NCBI GenBank assembly: GCA_965248435.1
Contig: OZ252100.1
Location: forward strand, 2,560,001 to 2,624,000
Length of the DNA: 64,000 nt
Source: Candidatus Latescibacterota bacterium
GTDB lineage: Bacteria > Latescibacterota > UBA2968 > GCA-2709665
Reading direction: 5' to 3'
A program made the translations under genes and the position numbers. The notes below the pieces were generated by a model. It was not told the origin of the DNA, made no database searches, and saw only the letters and a list, made by a program, of their open reading frames with translations. This document shows positions 47,504 through 57,965 of the stretch, one piece after another (the first letter of the stretch is position 1; each line of letters starts with the position of its first letter).

Positions 47504-48634
47504 TCAGGACGCCGCAAACTGAGGCGCTCTGATCTCCGTCGGTTTCTCGTGCGACCCGTAGTGAGTCCATTCGTTTTCGCACACCGGTCCACATGCGATC
47601 CAGATCCTCCGCTCCAGAGGTTCCAGCACGATCCCGCAGATCGTCAGCCCGCACCCGGCGCCGTGCACCACCTCATCGTGACGACAGATCGCGATGGGGC
47701 TGTTCACGTGGTCGGCAAGGATCTCACGGAGCGTCTCCGCGTTCGGGCGTTCGATCGTGCGCAGAAGCCGGGTCGCGCGGCCCCACCTGAAGATGCTGTT
47801 GCTCCGATGCTCCGGGGCACGGCGATCCAAGTGTTTGAATCGATCGCTCAAATAGTGATTCGTGTGGACCATCGGTCCGTCGAACGGGCAGAACACCTCG
47901 TAGTCTCTCGATGTCGTTTCGAAGTCGTAAATCTCTCCGTTCGGATCGCAGATGACGTAGTTCAAACCCGAGGCCCTTGGATGTGTGAGGATGGCGTCCA
48001 TCGCCTCGCCGATCGTCTCGCTCGCGAGGATCCGACGCGTCACGAACGGGTAGATCACGCCCGGTCCGGCGTCGGCCGGAATCAGATTGTTGATCACCAC
48101 CCCGATCCCCGCGCTGTTCAGACCGGCGCAACCCACCATCCCGATCATCGTGAAGACCATCGCGTCGGGCCCCTCGGAATCCGTGATCCTCAGTAAGATC
48201 GTCCCTGGTGCGAAGATGGATGGGAGATCGTAATTCTGGCCGATCGTAGCGCCGTTCCCGTCGCGGTCTCCGGGCACCATCAGACTCGTACAGCCCGCTT
48301 CCGTCACCGACCACGATGTGTAGTCCCGAGTCTCCAGAAAGGCGTTCAGCGCGAAGATCTCCTCGAATGACGCGTCCGCCCCTTCCGCGATCCCCCTGAC
48401 CTCCTCGAAGAGATCGGGCGAGTGGGCCTCAGAGGGCTCGGCATAGGTCTGACTGATCTCCAGCACGCGCTGTTTCGTCAGCGGCTCGAGCTCGTGGAGC
48501 CTGGCTCCGTCTTCCAGCTCTTTGAAATAGGCCGCGACGAGCGTCTGGATCTCGGCCCGAAACGCCTCCCCGTGCGCCCGCCCTCGTTCCTTCGGACTTC
48601 CTGAAATTTCCAGTACCGGAAGTTCAGCATTCAT
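47504..48634 (-). CDS. Peptidase C45 (Ntn hydrolase/acyltransferase) family
   Basis: RGRAHG, GCTS autoproteolysis site, GQNYD, GLNSAG, HTNHY. Confidence 0.9.
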   Translation of the reverse strand: MNAELPVLEISGSPKERGRAHGEAFRAEIQTLVAAYFKELEDGARLHELEPLTKQRVLEISQTYAEPSEAHSPDLFEEVRGIAEGADASFEEIFALNAFLETRDYTSWSVTEAGCTSLMVPGDRDGNGATIGQNYDLPSIFAPGTILLRITDSEGPDAMVFTMIGMVGCAGLNSAGIGVVINNLIPADAGPGVIYPFVTRRILASETIGEAMDAILTHPRASGLNYVICDPNGEIYDFETTSRDYEVFCPFDGPMVHTNHYLSDRFKHLDRRAPEHRSNSIFRWGRATRLLRTIERPNAETLREILADHVNSPIAICRHDEVVHGAGCGLTICGIVLEPLERRIWIACGPVCENEWTHYGSHEKPTEIRAPQFAAS

Positions 48635-48646
48635 ATCGGCCTCCCT

Positions 48647-49537
48647 TTAGACGCGAGAGAATTTCTGAAGCCTCTGGCCGCACCCCGTGTCGTCAGAGAT
48701 CTCCGCCACGTAGATGCTGCCTTCATCGTCCACACAGACGCCGTGCGGCTTCTGCAGCACGCCCCCTTCGGACCCCTTGAACCAGCTGAGCCGCTCTCCA
48801 TCCTGCGTCCACACACTGGCGCGGCCGTGGCCGCCCTGCTCGATCATGTAGACCATGTCGTCCACAATATAGACATCTCCCGGCATATCCAGGTCTTTCC
48901 ATTCTTCGATAAACACGCCGTCTGGGTCGAAGACCTGTACCCGATCGTTCTCTCGATCGCAGACCAGCACACGACCGTCTTTGGTGCACCCCAGGTTGTG
49001 CACCACGGCGAACTGTCCCGGACCGGTGCCCCCTTCCCCCCACGACTTCAAGCGCTCGCCCTCTTTCGAGTACTTGTGTACACAGCGGCCGCCGTAGCCA
49101 TCCGATACGTAGATCGATCCGTCCGGGCCGATCGCCACGCCCGTCGGCATGTTATATTCGACGCGAGCAAACGTCACCCCGGAAATTCCCCGCCTTCCCC
49201 ATTCCCGCTCCATCTCGCCGAGGCGTGTGTAGCGCCTGACGATGTGCTGCCAGGAATCGGTCAGGTAGACCTCGTCGTCCGGGCCGATAAAGATCCCGTG
49301 CGACTGGCTCACCAGGTTCGGGGACTGGCCGAACTGTCCGTAGCCCCAGGAGGTGATGAAATTCCCCGCCTTGTCGAACACGATGATCGGGTGCGTCCCG
49401 CGGGTGAAGGCGTAGATCCGCCCCTTGGAATCGATCGCCGTGTCCGACACCAATGAAAATTCCCAGCCCTCCGGCAGCTTCGCCCAGTCCTCCACTTCTT
49501 CGTAGCGATAGTCCCCTTCTCCGTAAACCATTTCCAC
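48647..49537 (-). CDS. NHL-repeat protein (peptidyl-alpha-hydroxyglycine lyase-like)
   Basis: PTGVA..YVSDGYG, GPGQF..H, CDRENDRVQVF. Confidence 0.85.
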   Translation of the reverse strand: MEMVYGEGDYRYEEVEDWAKLPEGWEFSLVSDTAIDSKGRIYAFTRGTHPIIVFDKAGNFITSWGYGQFGQSPNLVSQSHGIFIGPDDEVYLTDSWQHIVRRYTRLGEMEREWGRRGISGVTFARVEYNMPTGVAIGPDGSIYVSDGYGGRCVHKYSKEGERLKSWGEGGTGPGQFAVVHNLGCTKDGRVLVCDRENDRVQVFDPDGVFIEEWKDLDMPGDVYIVDDMVYMIEQGGHGRASVWTQDGERLSWFKGSEGGVLQKPHGVCVDDEGSIYVAEISDDTGCGQRLQKFSRV

Positions 49538-49562
49538 CTCTTAATTATTGTGATGCATTTTG

Positions 49563-49695
49563 GAATCCCCTCAATCCCGCCTTAAGAAAGCGGGAGGACC
49601 GTATTCCTTTATGGGTACTCTATCACAGAGAGCTACCTCCCCCCTTTGGAAAAGCATGTCCCGAGCTTGTCGAGGGAGGGGGTAGGGGGGATTTG
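49563..49695. repeat. REP-like compound palindrome with nested insert
   Basis: AATCCCC...GGGGATTT arms; AAGCATGTCCCGAGCTTG at 49652. Confidence 0.7.
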
Positions 49696-49774
49696 TTTCC
49701 ATGTCAATACCAAACTTCAGTAACGTAATGCGTAAGCTGTTTCAGATCAAGCAGAAACAGCCGCCCGCCATCAA

Positions 49775-49803
49775 TTGACAAGGGGGTTGACGCGCGCTAT
49801 CTT
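49775..49803 (+). promoter_or_regulatory. Sigma70-like promoter of manA
   Basis: TTGACA-N17-TATCTT. Confidence 0.6.
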
Positions 49804-49859
49804 GGGCGCGCAACCGTGTGTATCCTGCTCATTCGTTCCCTCACATCTGACCCTTTCAA

Positions 49860-50855
49860 ATGGCATTACCCGATCTGTTCCCCCTCCGTCCCACCTATCG
49901 AGAGATGATCTGGGGTGGCCGCGGACTCGAGCAGCATCTGAACAAGGACCTTCCTCCCGAGAGGGCAATCGGCGAATCCTGGGAGGTGTCCGCCTGCGAG
50001 GGCATGGAATCCACGGTTTCGGAAGGCCCTTTCTCGGGATGGGACCTGAGGTCTCTCGTCGCCGAGCACGGCCCCGAGCTCCTCGGTCAGCCTGTCTACG
50101 AAAGATACCAGGGCGAATTCCCCCTGCTCATTAAGCTCCTGGACGCCAGGGACAGCCTCTCCATACAGGTCCATCCCAATGATGCCTACGCGAAGGACAG
50201 GGTCCTCGGGCCGTTCGGAAAGATGGAAGCCTGGTACGTCATCCAATCCGAAGGCGGCCGCATCGTCTACGGCCTCCAGGATGGCGTTAATAAGGTGGCA
50301 TTGCAGAGAGCGATCCAGGAGCAGCGTGTAGAAGAACTCGTGAGGACCTTTGACGTCGTCGCCGGAGACGTCGTCTTTATACCGCCCGGCACCGTACACG
50401 CTCTCTGCGGGGGCGCGATGGTCTACGAGGTCCAGCAGTCCAGCGACCTCGTCTTCCGCATCCACGATTACGACCGACTCGGACCCGACGGAAAACCGCG
50501 GGAGCTCCACATCAAGCGGGCCCTCGACGTCATCGACTTCGGCGGTGAGGTCAGGAAACCGTCATACTGGCGCCAGCTCCCAGGAGCGACAAAAGAGGAG
50601 ACGACCCTGGTCGATTCGGAGCACTTCCGGCTGCAGCGCTTCGCCCCCTCCGAAACCCGGACCGAGCATGCCCCGTATCAGAGTTTCGCCTGCCTCACAC
50701 TTCTGGATGGCGAAGCCGATCTGAGCAGGGAGACGGAATCGTATCCAGCGCGAAAGGGCGACACCTTCCTCATCGCGGCAAACCGAGCATTTAGTGTCGC
50801 CTGCCGAGACAATTCGCAAGTTGAGTACATTATCTCATCTGCTGCTTCGAGCTAG
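49860..50855 (+). CDS. manA: Type I mannose-6-phosphate isomerase
   Basis: IWGG, IGESW, FPLLIK, LSIQVHP, KMEAW, GTVHA, EVQQSSD. Confidence 0.9.
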   Translation: MALPDLFPLRPTYREMIWGGRGLEQHLNKDLPPERAIGESWEVSACEGMESTVSEGPFSGWDLRSLVAEHGPELLGQPVYERYQGEFPLLIKLLDARDSLSIQVHPNDAYAKDRVLGPFGKMEAWYVIQSEGGRIVYGLQDGVNKVALQRAIQEQRVEELVRTFDVVAGDVVFIPPGTVHALCGGAMVYEVQQSSDLVFRIHDYDRLGPDGKPRELHIKRALDVIDFGGEVRKPSYWRQLPGATKEETTLVDSEHFRLQRFAPSETRTEHAPYQSFACLTLLDGEADLSRETESYPARKGDTFLIAANRAFSVACRDNSQVEYIISSAASS

Positions 50856-50956
50856 ATCCTGGCAGGCTCAGGGGCCTGTGCCGAGTAGGCCCGCAGGGCC
50901 GTACCGAGGTACCTGCCCCTAGGGTGATTCAATTTTTTCAACGATCTCCTAAACTG

Positions 50957-50997
50957 GTGACAATTGTCACAGCTATTATAAAGAAAAATGCTATAAT
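50957..50997 (+). promoter_or_regulatory. Palindromic operator candidate plus extended -10
   Basis: GTGACAATTGTCAC perfect palindrome; TGCTATAAT at 50989-50997. Confidence 0.55.
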
Positions 50998-51058
50998 TAG
51001 GGCCGTGCATAAGTCATTCGATTTCGACGAACACAACCCCCCACAGAGGAGGATCTCC

Positions 51059-51712
51059 ATGTTCCGAACGATATGTTCAGCGCTGCTCGTCGCGGCTGCG
51101 CTCCTTGGGATGACCCTGAACCCGGCCATCGCCCAGGAGGAAGAGGAAGAGGAGCTCCAGGCGCTCACGTTCCCTGACGCGCTGAAGGGGCAGTTTCAGG
51201 CCATGCTCCGGGCCGAAAAGGCACACAAGCAGGCCAAGCTGCAGCTCCTGATGAACACCCAGCAGTTTCTCGGCGTCGCCAATGGATACCTGCAGAATGC
51301 GTCTGAACCTGAAAGGGAGATGCTCGGCAGGGTCCTGATGATGGTCGTGGGCGAGAGGAGTCACCCTGGCGAAGGGGGCCCTGCAGGCCAGAAAGGGGTT
51401 TTGCCAGTACCGCCGCCGATGCCGCGAGGCGGAACACCTGCCGGGCCACCACGGCGCGGCCCGAGCGTGCGCTCCGGTCCGCCCTCGCAGCCCCAGGCTG
51501 GCCCGAATGTGCAAAGAGGCGGAACGGCACCTCGTGCGCTGATGACTCTGGATCTGAACGCCATCATCCTTCAGATTCCAAAGAAAGAGGGCCAGATTCA
51601 GCAGCAAATCCAGCATCTACAGCAGGGGCTGCAGAATTACCCTGGCGATGAGTGGATTCCGGGAGCTCAGTGGATCCCTGGCTCTGAGTGGATGCCGGGA
51701 GAACAGCGGTAG
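51059..51712 (+). CDS. Secreted low-complexity protein with C-terminal PGxxW repeats
   Basis: AGGAGG RBS, signal peptide ending AIA, poly-E, Pro/Gly linker, PGDEWIPGAQWIPGSEWMPGEQR. Confidence 0.75.
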   Translation: MFRTICSALLVAAALLGMTLNPAIAQEEEEEELQALTFPDALKGQFQAMLRAEKAHKQAKLQLLMNTQQFLGVANGYLQNASEPEREMLGRVLMMVVGERSHPGEGGPAGQKGVLPVPPPMPRGGTPAGPPRRGPSVRSGPPSQPQAGPNVQRGGTAPRALMTLDLNAIILQIPKKEGQIQQQIQHLQQGLQNYPGDEWIPGAQWIPGSEWMPGEQR

Positions 51713-51866
51713 GATATCAAGAAAGCTCGAACAAGAAGAGGCCCCGGGACATCCCAGGGACCAATGGGATAGTGATTGGTTTACGGGAAGCGACTGGTTG
51801 CCCCGGCAGCGAATGGTTTCCTGGAATGGCGGACCGGTAATATCAAACAGATCGTGATGCATTCTG

Positions 51867-51999
51867 AAATCCCCCTCAATCCCCCTTTAGGAAAGCATGT
51901 CCCGAGCTTGCCGTGGAGGGGAAGAATCTATTTCTGGATGGGTACTCTTTCAGCAAGAGCAACCTTCCCCCTTTGGAAAAGGGGGGCAGGGGGGATTTG
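51867..51999. repeat. REP-like compound palindrome with nested insert
   Basis: AAATCCCCCT...AGGGGGATTT arms; insert at 51893. Confidence 0.7.
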
Positions 52000-52094
52000 T
52001 TCCCACGTCAGCCTGAAGAACGAATGCATCTCAAAACAATGGCCCCGGGACTTCCCATCCCGGGGCCTTTTGCATTGCTCCATGATTCCAGTTC

Positions 52095-53798
52095 TTACGT
52101 CACCTTGTTCCCATAGCTCTGGGCGAACACGATTAAATCACTGAAGTTCACCACGCCGTCCCCCGTCAGATCGAACTGCGCATCCTTCTTGCCGAACGCC
52201 ACCGCGAACATCGTAAAGTCCTTGAACTCCACCTCCCCATCCCCGTCGAAATCCGGCGTCGTCGCGGTCAGGCCGCCGACCCATTCAGGCGGACCGGTCT
52301 CGTCCATCTGTTCGATCGTCGCGGCCGACCGGAACAGGATCGGCCCGCCCGGCCTACCGTCGTTCGCAAAAGGCCGCGACCGAATCTCCCGCCCGTCTTT
52401 GAGTGTCACCACGAGGACCACGTCCTCCGGCTTGGTAGAATCCGTACATTCGAAATGAGCATCTGCTGTACGTGTGTTAGAGACCTCGGGTAGCTCCGGA
52501 TTGAAAGAAAACGACGGATCCACCGTCATCTCATCGGCCGAAAGCGTCGTATACAGCCGGGTCAGGTACGAAAAATCGCGCACCAGGTCCTCAGCGTCGC
52601 GGAGCGGCACGAGGATCACTTCATCCAGCTCCGCAACGAAAACGGCCTGATCGAACACCAGGTCGGTGATCCATTCCCGGTAGAGCTCCATGTTGTTGTA
52701 GAAAGACTGCTCGGCTGTCCCCTGGAGGGTGCCGTCCTCTTCTGCGCGCGCGTAGGCCTCCTCATCCCCACCGAACACCACCTGCAGCACCCCCTGCTCC
52801 AGTACGACAGTCGGCATCGGAATGTGACGGCGAATCAGCGCCTGCGTCTGCGCGTCCCGCGGGAACCCCTGTCTGAACATCTCGTCCAGAAAATCGGCCG
52901 GGTCCTTGAAGCTCTCCAGCAGCTCCAGGTCGAAACGACCTTCCTCGTAGAAACGGCCCTGCATCAGCTCACTCGAACCGGCGTAGTCGGTCGCGAACGC
53001 CTGTCCGCCCGCCTCGTTCGCCGCCTCGGTCACGACCTCCGCGTAGTTCGATCCGCCCCGAAACCAGTCGATCCTGGCCTCGTTGATCTGTACGTGAAGA
53101 TAGTTCTTCGGGATCGCGCGGTTGGCGCCCAACACCCAAACAAGAACACCCATGTCCGGCTCGGCGGCCACGGCCGTGAGGCGAATCGGAATCCCCGGAT
53201 TCTCCGCCGGATACGTCAGCGCCAGCGGCTGCAGGTCGCCCAGCTCCTGGCCGGGCGCCAGTCGCAGCACCACGAAGTAAGCACCCGCCTCCACGTAGGG
53301 CGCGAGAAGCTCGCTGCCCAGCGCGTCCAGATTGTACCCGTTGTCGACCAGCCAGGCCGTAATCGCCTCCGGATCGTCCGAGGTAATCACCGCCGTCTCG
53401 TAAGGCCCGACGCGTTCCTCTGAAACGACCTCCACGTCACCACGTGAACTGGCGACATCCTCCGCGGTCGGGAAGGGAAAGAAGATGTTGCAATCGTTCT
53501 CTTCAAAGTTCAGTACGAAGTTCGGCTGTGTGGCGGACTGGAGCTGCCGAAAGATCTCGTTGTGACTGACACTCAGCTCCGGCAGCGACGGCATCGGCAG
53601 GATCCAGGCGAAATCGGAGGCCTTACCGGTGTACTGGATCTGGACGTGTGTCGTCACCTCGCCCTCACCGGCGACGAAAAGGATCCGTTCACTCACCTGA
53701 TTCGTCGGGAAGATGCGGCAGAAGAACCCGCCGCAGGCGTGGACACGTATCGGGCCCAACATCAGCAGCAGGAAGAGGAGGGACGCGGTTCGCTTCAT
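52095..53798 (-). CDS. Secreted DUF2330 protein with C-terminal dockerin/EF-hand-like domain
   Basis: Signal peptide then CGGFFC, FAWILP, IPIRLT, LTRLYT; DFDGDGEVEFKDF / DLTGDGVVNFSDL. Confidence 0.82.
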   Translation of the reverse strand: MKRTASLLFLLLMLGPIRVHACGGFFCRIFPTNQVSERILFVAGEGEVTTHVQIQYTGKASDFAWILPMPSLPELSVSHNEIFRQLQSATQPNFVLNFEENDCNIFFPFPTAEDVASSRGDVEVVSEERVGPYETAVITSDDPEAITAWLVDNGYNLDALGSELLAPYVEAGAYFVVLRLAPGQELGDLQPLALTYPAENPGIPIRLTAVAAEPDMGVLVWVLGANRAIPKNYLHVQINEARIDWFRGGSNYAEVVTEAANEAGGQAFATDYAGSSELMQGRFYEEGRFDLELLESFKDPADFLDEMFRQGFPRDAQTQALIRRHIPMPTVVLEQGVLQVVFGGDEEAYARAEEDGTLQGTAEQSFYNNMELYREWITDLVFDQAVFVAELDEVILVPLRDAEDLVRDFSYLTRLYTTLSADEMTVDPSFSFNPELPEVSNTRTADAHFECTDSTKPEDVVLVVTLKDGREIRSRPFANDGRPGGPILFRSAATIEQMDETGPPEWVGGLTATTPDFDGDGEVEFKDFTMFAVAFGKKDAQFDLTGDGVVNFSDLIVFAQSYGNKVT

Positions 53799-54143
53799 AT
53801 CGAATTTATGACGTCTTACAGCAGGTCGGGTTCCCCGAATTTCGATCTACCCTAACCCGTTGCATGACAAGAGCCTGCATCGGTTCTTCTGATGCAGGCC
53901 CTCGAGATGCCCTCTACAAAAACTTTCTCGCCGAGTATTGGGGTGAATTCAGTAGGACACACTTTCTTGTGGGACCCGACTCCAGTCGGGGAAAGGGCTG
54001 TCAGCTAGGAAATAGGGCCCGTGCCAAAAGTGCCTATAACCCCTCTTCTGAGATCACCGGCTCTATGATCTGGCACGATTGAGGAAGTGAAGGCCAGTTC
54101 CCGGTCGGGAGACCGGTCCCACACCGATGGCCGGTCACTGCCC

Positions 54144-55844
54144 CTATTTTCCCTTTTTCTTCGCCATCCTCGCCCACGAATCCCGCAGCGTCACCGTCCG
54201 GTTGAACACGAGGCCGTCTTCTGACGAATCCGGGTCGACACAGAAATATCCGAGACGCTCGAACTGGCACCGATATCCCGGCTCTGCGCCCTTCAGGCTC
54301 GGCTCCACGTAGCAGTCGGGTCGAACCTCCAGGGAGTCGGGATTTAGGTTGTCGACCCAGTCGCCCCCCTCCGGCGCTTTCATCGGGTCCGCCACGCGGA
54401 ACAACCGATCGTAGAGCCTTACCTCCACCTTCTCCGCGTGCTCGGCCGACACCCAGTGCAGCGTCGCCTTCACCTTCCGTCCGTTCGGCGCGTCGCCGCC
54501 CCGCGTTTCCGGATCGTATGTGCACCTCAGCTCCACCACCTCGCCGTTTTCGTCCTTCACCGCCTCCCTGCACGTGATGAAATAGGCGTATCGGAGGCGG
54601 ACCTCTCGTCCGGGTGCGAGCCTGTAAAACTTCTTTGGCGGGTCCTCCATGAAATCATCACGCTCGATGTAGAGGACGCGAGAGAAGGGGACCTTCCGCC
54701 TTCCGGCGGACGGGTCTTCCGGGTTGTTGACCGCCTCCATCTCCTCGCTCTTCCCCTCCGGGTAATTTTCGATCACGACACGCAGCGGGTTGATCACGCC
54801 CATCACCCGGGGCGCGACCTTGTTCAGGTGGTCCCGGACGCAGTGCTCCAGCTGCTCGATCTCGACCGTCGTCACCCGGTTCGTGACCCCGACGAGGTCG
54901 ACGAACTTCCGGACGGACTCAGGTGTGTACCCCCTTCGGCGCAGCCCCCGCAGGGAGACCATCCTCGGGTCATCCCATCCCGTCACACCGCCTTCCTCCA
55001 CGAGACGAAGGAGCCGCCGCTTGCTCATCATGCTGTAGGTCAGGTTGACCCGCGCGAACTCGATCTGCCGCGAGGGGAAGATCTCGAGCTCGCGGATGTA
55101 CCAGTCATAGAGTGGTCGATGGTCGATGTACTCGTGCGAGCACAGAGAGTGGCTCACGTGCTCGATCGAATCGCTCTGTCCGTGCGCGAAATCGTAGATC
55201 GGGTAGATGCACCACGCATCTCCTGTACGATGATGCGGCGTCTTCTGGATCCGGTACATCACCGGGTCGCGCATGTTGATGTTCGGCGCCGCCATGTCGA
55301 TCTTCGCGCGCAGGGTCCGGGACCCTTCCCCGAATTCACCCGCCCGCATATGCTCGAAAAGGTCGAGGTTCTCTTCCACAGACCGGTCCCGATTCGGGCT
55401 GTTCCGACCCGGCTCGGTCAGCGTACCGCGGTACTCCCGCATCTCGTCCTGCGACAGGTCGCAGACAAATGCCTTTCCCTTCTTGATGAGACGAATCGCA
55501 TACTCGTAAAGCTGGTCGAAGTAGTCCGACGCGAAGTAGAGACGATCGCCCCAATCGAACCCGAGCCACCGGATGTCTTCGATGATGGCGTCGACGTACT
55601 CTTCTTCCTCCTTGACCGGGTTCGTATCATCGAAACGGAGGTTGCACTCGCCGCCGTGCTCGTCGGCGACCTCGAAGTCGAGTCCGAACGCCATCGCGTG
55701 CCCGATGTGGAGGTAACCGTTCGGCTCCGGCGGAAACCGGGTGATCACCTTCTCGTACCGGCCGTTCTCCACGTCTTCCTTCACGGCCTGGCGGATGAAG
55801 TCGAGGGATCGTTTGCCTTCGGTGTCTGAGGTCTCAGTCGTCAT
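54144..55844 (-). CDS. glnS: Glutamine--tRNA ligase
   Basis: [37 protein letters not shown]. Confidence 0.97.
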   Translation of the reverse strand: MTTETSDTEGKRSLDFIRQAVKEDVENGRYEKVITRFPPEPNGYLHIGHAMAFGLDFEVADEHGGECNLRFDDTNPVKEEEEYVDAIIEDIRWLGFDWGDRLYFASDYFDQLYEYAIRLIKKGKAFVCDLSQDEMREYRGTLTEPGRNSPNRDRSVEENLDLFEHMRAGEFGEGSRTLRAKIDMAAPNINMRDPVMYRIQKTPHHRTGDAWCIYPIYDFAHGQSDSIEHVSHSLCSHEYIDHRPLYDWYIRELEIFPSRQIEFARVNLTYSMMSKRRLLRLVEEGGVTGWDDPRMVSLRGLRRRGYTPESVRKFVDLVGVTNRVTTVEIEQLEHCVRDHLNKVAPRVMGVINPLRVVIENYPEGKSEEMEAVNNPEDPSAGRRKVPFSRVLYIERDDFMEDPPKKFYRLAPGREVRLRYAYFITCREAVKDENGEVVELRCTYDPETRGGDAPNGRKVKATLHWVSAEHAEKVEVRLYDRLFRVADPMKAPEGGDWVDNLNPDSLEVRPDCYVEPSLKGAEPGYRCQFERLGYFCVDPDSSEDGLVFNRTVTLRDSWARMAKKKGK

Positions 55845-55875
55845 CGCAGTCTGCTCGAGAAATTGAATATGGAAA

Positions 55876-55898
55876 CGGGGCCCGATGCGCGGGCCCCG
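55876..55898 (-). terminator. Hairpin after tRNA-Gln
   Basis: CGGGGCCCG-atgcg-CGGGCCCCG followed by TTT on the minus strand. Confidence 0.55.
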
Positions 55899-55906
55899 AG
55901 CGTTCC

Positions 55907-55980
55907 TGGCTGCCCCTCAGGGATTCGAACCCCGATCCTACGGTCCAGAGCCGCATGTCTTGCCATTAGACGAAGGGGCA
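55907..55980 (-). tRNA. tRNA-Gln(CTG)
   Basis: TGCCCCT acceptor stem, TGCGG-ct-CTG-ga-CCGTA, GTTCGAATC, CCA end. Confidence 0.95.
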
Positions 55981-55996
55981 GTGTGTACTCAAAAAT

Positions 55997-57451
55997 TCAT
56001 TCCGCCGAGACGGGCGCCTCCCGGCCCAGCAACTCGATCCCCCTGTGCAGGCGCCTGATGCACGTCTCCCGCCCCAGCACCTCCATCAACTCGAACAACC
56101 CCGGCCCGAAGCCCACACCGCACAGGGCGAGACGTGCCGGATGGATCAGTCGGGCTGGAGAGATCCCGAGTTCTCCGGCCAGGGTCCGCGTCACCCGTTC
56201 TACATCGCCGTCTGTGAACGTGTCCAGTGCCTCGAGCCTGGATGCGAGGGCCTCGATCCGGGCCGATGTATCCGCTTTCCAGTGTTTTTTTCTCGCCTTT
56301 TCCTCGAACGCTTCAGGATCGTCGAAGAAGTAGCCGAACGACAGAAAGTCCTTGTAGGTCTGAATGCGTTCACGCAGCAGCGCGCAGATCCGTATCAGCT
56401 CCGCCTCGCGACCCTCCGCCTCCGCTTCGTCCATCCACCCCGCCTCGACCCAGACCTTCGTGGCGACCTCCGCGAGTTCAGCGGCCGACTTTGTGCGGAT
56501 GTGCTCGCCTTGCAGCCAGTCCAGCTTTTTCTCGTCGAAGATCGCGTCCTTCTTCAACATCCCCTCGACCGAAAACGCCTCAACCAGTTCCTCTCGCTGG
56601 AACAGCTCTCGGCCCTCCTCCTCCGGGGCCCAGCCCAACAGCGCGAGGAAGTTGTAGATCGTCTCCGGCAGCAGCCCCGCCTCGCGGTACTCGGTAACCG
56701 TCGTCGCGCCGTGGCGTTTGCTCAGCTTTTTCCCGTCGGGTCCCAGGATGAGCGTCGTATGCGCGTAATCCGGAACGTCATATCCGAGCGCCTTGAACAG
56801 AAGGATCTGCTTCGGCGCATTGGACAGGTGGTCCGCCCCTCGCATCACGAGCGTAACCCCCATGTCGTGGTCGTCCACCACCACCGCGAGCTGGTAGGTC
56901 GGCGATCCATCCGCTCGCAGGATGATGAAGTCGCCGATCTGTTCGTTCACCCAGACCGAGTCTCCCCGGATGAGATCCTCCCACGCCGTCTCCCCTTCAG
57001 GGACCTGGAACCGAACCGCCGATGGTGCCCCTTCCCGTTCCCTTTCGTCCCGCGCCTCCGGAGTCACGTCCCGGCACGTCCCGTCGTACTTGACGTGACG
57101 CTTCTCCGCAATCGCCTGCTTTCGCTTCGCTTCAAGCTCGTCAGGCGTGCAGTAACACCTGAAGGCCCGTCCGCCCTCAAGAAGCGCCTCGGCGGCCGCT
57201 CGGTGGGCCTCCGCGTTCCCTGACTGAAAGACCGGGTCCCCGTCGAACGCGATCCCGAGCCACGCCAGGCCGTCCAGGATCGTCTGTAGGGAATCCTCCG
57301 TGAAGCGCTCCCGGTCCGTATCCTCTACACGAAGGAGCAGACGACCCCCGTAATGGCGCGCGTAGAGGTCGTTGAAGACAGCCGTTCGCGCATTCCCGAC
57401 GTGAAATCCGCCGGTCGGCGACGGCGCAAACCTGAGAATAGGATCGGACAT
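55997..57451 (-). CDS. gltX: Glutamate--tRNA ligase
   Basis: RFAPSPTG.HVG, LRVEDTD, VVDDH, KLSKRHG. Confidence 0.96.
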   Translation of the reverse strand: MSDPILRFAPSPTGGFHVGNARTAVFNDLYARHYGGRLLLRVEDTDRERFTEDSLQTILDGLAWLGIAFDGDPVFQSGNAEAHRAAAEALLEGGRAFRCYCTPDELEAKRKQAIAEKRHVKYDGTCRDVTPEARDEREREGAPSAVRFQVPEGETAWEDLIRGDSVWVNEQIGDFIILRADGSPTYQLAVVVDDHDMGVTLVMRGADHLSNAPKQILLFKALGYDVPDYAHTTLILGPDGKKLSKRHGATTVTEYREAGLLPETIYNFLALLGWAPEEEGRELFQREELVEAFSVEGMLKKDAIFDEKKLDWLQGEHIRTKSAAELAEVATKVWVEAGWMDEAEAEGREAELIRICALLRERIQTYKDFLSFGYFFDDPEAFEEKARKKHWKADTSARIEALASRLEALDTFTDGDVERVTRTLAGELGISPARLIHPARLALCGVGFGPGLFELMEVLGRETCIRRLHRGIELLGREAPVSAE

Positions 57452-57472
57452 GGAATCGAGCAGACAAAAAAG

Positions 57473-57564
<92 letters not shown>

Positions 57565-57649
57565 GGGTCGCGAAAATAACAGATCAAACAATACTATACG
57601 CAAATATAGGCAAAATCAAGGCCAAACCATTTGGAAGCGAGGGGAAAAT

Positions 57650-57737
57650 TGGCGGTGGGGGTGGGATTCGAACCCACGGACCCGTGAGGGTCAACGGTTT
57701 TCAAGACCGTCTCCTTCAACCGCTCGGACACCCCACC
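57650..57737 (-). tRNA. tRNA-Ser(TGA)
   Basis: GGTGGGG stem, ACGGT-ct-TGA-aa-ACCGT, long variable arm, CCA end. Confidence 0.96.
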
Positions 57738-57783
57738 GGTCCTCCGAACAAAAGGAGCGAGTGCTGACAGCCCAGCGAAAAAT

Positions 57784-57811
57784 AGTATAGAAAAGGGGCT
57801 GTTTCTGTCAA
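57784..57811 (-). promoter_or_regulatory. Sigma70 promoter for the tRNA-Ser/gltX unit
   Basis: TTGACA-N16-TATACT on the minus strand. Confidence 0.75.
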
Positions 57812-57900
57812 GGAATTTGTCCGTGAACGGGGCGACGAACCGCACGCCTTTCCGCCTTGTTTTTACCCGCTTTCAGGCGGTTTTCGCACCTAAATAACGG

Positions 57901-57929
57901 TTGCTTTGAGTGGGAGATTCCCGTATTAT
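57901..57929 (+). promoter_or_regulatory. Sigma70-like promoter for acpS-nnr
   Basis: TTGCTT-N17-TATTAT. Confidence 0.6.
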
Positions 57930-57965
57930 TATTTCAGTTTTTAACCGATTCGAACAGGCATCCGG

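Noticed and set aside
50924-51058. N-terminal extension of the secreted protein
   Set aside because: AT-rich promoter region; the AGGAGG RBS and signal peptide point to ATG 51059
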